A stretch of DNA of 64,000 nucleotides, taken from contig CAKOJI010000001.1 of assembly GCA_934089255.1 (NCBI GenBank), positions 14,572 through 78,571 of the forward strand, read 5' to 3'. The translations under genes were made by a program, and so were the position numbers. The DNA is from an uncultured Bacilli bacterium. Its GTDB lineage: Bacteria > Bacillota_I > Bacilli_A > RF39 > UBA660. This document shows, piece by piece, positions 61,553-64,000 of this stretch. Every line of letters begins with the position of its first letter. The stretch's first letter is position 1. The notes beneath the pieces were generated by a model. It ran no database searches. It saw nothing but the letters and a program-made list of their open reading frames with translations, and was not told the origin of the DNA.

Positions 61553-61867
61553 TTACTTTTTCATTTCACTAATATATTTTTTTAATTTAACTGCATTAGG
61601 TCCAAAAATAATTTTTAATTGATTATCGATTTCAACTATTCCTTTTGCACCCAATTTTTCTATAGCATTTTTATCTACAATACTTACATCTTTTAATGTT
61701 ACTTTTAATCTTGACATATTAACTTCAGTATCAAGAATATTATCTTTACCACCTAAGTATTGTACTAATTTATTTATTTCCATATTAAAGTTTTTCTTAT
61801 TTAATTTAACTATTATTAAAGAAATAATAAATAATACAAACGCTATTAATATATATTGCCAAATCAT
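61553..61867 (-). CDS. membrane-anchored PTS EIIB(Glc)-like domain protein lacking the phosphorylatable Cys
   Basis: N-terminal TM, then LVQYLGGKDNILDTEVNMSRLKVTLKD...GIVEIDNQLKIIFGP resembling the EIIB-Glc fold (LGGKENI...DACITRLRV...). Cys position occupied by V/N/M. Confidence 0.5.
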   Translation of the reverse strand: MIWQYILIAFVLFIISLIIVKLNKKNFNMEINKLVQYLGGKDNILDTEVNMSRLKVTLKDVSIVDKNAIEKLGAKGIVEIDNQLKIIFGPNAVKLKKYISEMKK

Positions 61868-61977
61868 TCTATCACCTCAACTATTATTAGTATACTATAT
61901 TTTTTATAAAAATAAAATCACTAATTTAAAAAAGTCACATAAAATATATTGAGTATAAATGAAAGGGTGAATTATAC

Positions 61978-62427
61978 ATGTGTAATGAGAAAAATACAAA
62001 TTGCATCGGAGAAATATTAAAAGTTATACTTGTTCTTCAACAAAACGCATCCCCAGAAAGTTGTTTAGATTCTTGTGACAGACCTATGCTTGGAGGAGGA
62101 CCTAGCTGTCTAGTATGCAATACTCGTCCAGTAATGTTATATACTTGCTGTGGTAATGGAACACCTTGGAGTATGCCAATAGAAAAAGATAGCACTAATG
62201 TATGTTCTAATACATCAGTAAGTGCTTGTTGTTCTGATTGTTCTAATATATTTAGAGTTGAAAAATTAGATGGAAATTGTTGTACATTTAGAGTATTAGC
62301 ACCAAACCCACAAGAAAGTTGTTGTAACTCTATTCCTTACATTGCAACAAATAGTTTCTTCACAATGGATTTATCCTGCTGTTGTGCAATTAAATGTTTA
62401 AGTGACACTTATGTAGATTGCGTTTAA
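61978..62427 (+). CDS. cysteine-rich spore coat/exosporium protein, CotZ/CotY family
   Basis: CIGEILKVILVLQQNASPESC, IFRVEKLDGNCCTFRVL and FTMDLSCCCAIKCLSD align with B. subtilis CotZ blocks (CVREAVENIEDLQNAV.., FFRVERVHGSCATLSLL, IEVDLDCFCAINCLNP). Confidence 0.75.
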   Translation: MCNEKNTNCIGEILKVILVLQQNASPESCLDSCDRPMLGGGPSCLVCNTRPVMLYTCCGNGTPWSMPIEKDSTNVCSNTSVSACCSDCSNIFRVEKLDGNCCTFRVLAPNPQESCCNSIPYIATNSFFTMDLSCCCAIKCLSDTYVDCV

Positions 62428-62460
62428 AAAAAGAGTAGAAATTGCTACTCTTTTTTATTT
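62428..62460. terminator. bidirectional terminator between cotZ-like gene and obg
   Basis: AAAAAGAGTAGAAATTGCTACTCTTTTTT. Confidence 0.6.
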
Positions 62461-62495
62461 GTGTCTCCTAAATAGGATTTCACATCAATTCTTGC

Positions 62496-63770
62496 TTAAT
62501 TTTTAAATTCAAATATATATTCATCTATTTTAACTTCGTCGCCTCTTTTAGCACCCATACGTTCTAAATCATCTTCAATACCCATACCCTTTAATTTTCT
62601 AGCAAAACGAGCTACACTTTCATCTTCAGTAAAACGAGTCATAGAAAATAATTTTTCTATTTCTTTACCCTTTATAACCCATAAATCATTTTCACGAGTA
62701 ATTGTATATGGTTTAGAATCATTAAACTTATATAAGGTATGTGACGCATAATCTTCTTCTTTATAAAGTTCTACAGTATTAGTATTTTCTACTATATCAG
62801 CCAGTCTAATAATAAGTGTTTCAAATCCTTCAAGTTTAATAGCACTAATCTCATAAATTTCTTTATCAGGATATTTCTTTCTAAATTTTTCTAAATTATC
62901 TACTGCATTTGGCAAATCCATCTTATTTGCAATTATGATACTAGGTTTATTTACTAATCTTTCATCAAAACTTTCTAATTCTTTTATTATATTCTCATAA
63001 TCATCTATAGGACTTCTTCCTTCAAAAGAACCCATATCAATTACATGTGCAATTACCTTTGTACGCATAGCATGTTTTAAAAACTTTATTCCTAAGCCTA
63101 CACCTTCACTTGCACCATTTATCAATCCAGGTAAATCTGCCATTACAAAACTTCTACCATCATTTAATTTTACAACACCTAGATTAGGACTAAGAGTTGT
63201 AAAATGATATGCACCAATCTTAGGCTTACATGAACTTATCATACTTAGTATCGTACTTTTACCAACACTAGGCATACCAACTAACCCAACATCTGCTATC
63301 ATTTTTAATTCACATTTAATAAACTTAACTTCTCCAGGCTCACCTAATTCACTCATCTTAGGAGCAGGAACCTCATGTGTAGCAAAAGCATGATTTCCTC
63401 TTCCACCTCTACCACCTTTAGCAACTACAACACTTTCATTTTCACTTGTTAAATCTGCAATAATTAAACCAGTTTCTTCATCAGTAATAGTTGTACCTAG
63501 TGGAACATCAATAACAACATCTTGAGCATTTTTACCATTTCTGTCGCTTCCCTTACCGTTGACACCTTTTTCACCCTTAATGTGTTTCATCATTTTTAAA
63601 TCTATTAAAGTTTTAAGCCCAGGATCCGTCCTAAAAATAACATCAGCACCCTTACCTCCATTACCGCCGTTAGGACCACCCATTTCAATATACTTTTCTC
63701 TTCTAAAAGATGTACAACCATCTCCACCTTTACCAGCTTCAACTTTTATTTTTATTTCATCTACAAACAT
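62496..63770 (-). CDS. obg: GTPase Obg
   Basis: MFVDEIKIKVEAGKGGDGCTSFRREKYIEMGGPNGGNGGKGADVIF Obg fold, then G-domain (GMPSVGKST) and TGS-like C-terminus. GGGAG RBS before ATG 63770. Confidence 0.9.
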   Translation of the reverse strand: MFVDEIKIKVEAGKGGDGCTSFRREKYIEMGGPNGGNGGKGADVIFRTDPGLKTLIDLKMMKHIKGEKGVNGKGSDRNGKNAQDVVIDVPLGTTITDEETGLIIADLTSENESVVVAKGGRGGRGNHAFATHEVPAPKMSELGEPGEVKFIKCELKMIADVGLVGMPSVGKSTILSMISSCKPKIGAYHFTTLSPNLGVVKLNDGRSFVMADLPGLINGASEGVGLGIKFLKHAMRTKVIAHVIDMGSFEGRSPIDDYENIIKELESFDERLVNKPSIIIANKMDLPNAVDNLEKFRKKYPDKEIYEISAIKLEGFETLIIRLADIVENTNTVELYKEEDYASHTLYKFNDSKPYTITRENDLWVIKGKEIEKLFSMTRFTEDESVARFARKLKGMGIEDDLERMGAKRGDEVKIDEYIFEFKN

Positions 63771-63809
63771 AGTTAACTCCCTTTCGAAAAACATATTCTA
63801 TCATATAAA

Positions 63810-64000
63810 CTATTTTAGTTCAATTATAGTTTCACCAATATTATCACTATCTAAATAAAAATATTTAACTCTATTATCTCTTTTTAATAAATGATGTACT
63901 TCATCTTTTATTATACCTTCACCCTTACCATGTATAACAACTATTTTCTTATTTTCTAATTTAATATTATCATTTATGAAAACATCTAACATATATTTTA
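63810..64000 (-). CDS. Smr-domain protein, 3' part (gene continues beyond window)
   Basis: ...IVVIHGKGEGIIKDEVHHLLKRDNRVKYFYL is an Smr-domain signature; ORF open to the window edge. Confidence 0.5.
   Translation of the reverse strand, partial: KYMLDVFINDNIKLENKKIVVIHGKGEGIIKDEVHHLLKRDNRVKYFYLDSDNIGETIIELK

Noticed and set aside
1-64000. CRISPR arrays, IS elements or transposases, rRNA genes
   Set aside because: No regularly spaced short direct repeats, no transposase-like ORFs, no rRNA-like GC-rich structured regions. The only RNA gene found is tRNA-Ala.

Overview
This window is very AT-rich (roughly 25% GC) chromosomal DNA from a spore-forming, Clostridia-like Firmicute. Sporulation markers are sigK, a CotZ/CotY-type coat protein, SpoVE/FtsW and dacB, and small RBS-preceded spore-like ORFs. 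The first 30 kb is mainly housekeeping: rpsB-tsf, pdp, hemW (interrupted), rpsU, yqeY, mnmA, rarA-gpsA, an M16 peptidase pair, a Wzx/SpoVB-like flippase, dacB, galE, ftsW. A prepilin-type giant protein translationally coupled to a HerA/DUF87 ATPase is embedded there. From 31 kb to 58.6 kb lies an accessory, surface-protein-rich region interleaved with core genes (proS, recD2, divIVA, sepF, ppdK, thrS). It holds five paralogous large secreted proteins that share one C-terminal module but carry two different filament-type N-termini: a TasA/SipW-cognate signal (x3) and a type IV prepilin signal (x2). It also holds a surface protein paired with a sortase-like enzyme, and a tyrosine recombinase followed by two tandem pilin-like cassettes, each preceded by an identical 61-aa ORF inside a 406-bp near-perfect direct repeat. 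The recombinase–cassette array is bounded by tRNA-Ala(UGC), beyond which sit a Y-family polymerase/YolD pair, a CPBP protease, and membrane proteins. No CRISPR array, transposase or rRNA gene was seen. All calls are from reading the sequence and the six-frame translations; no database searches were run.
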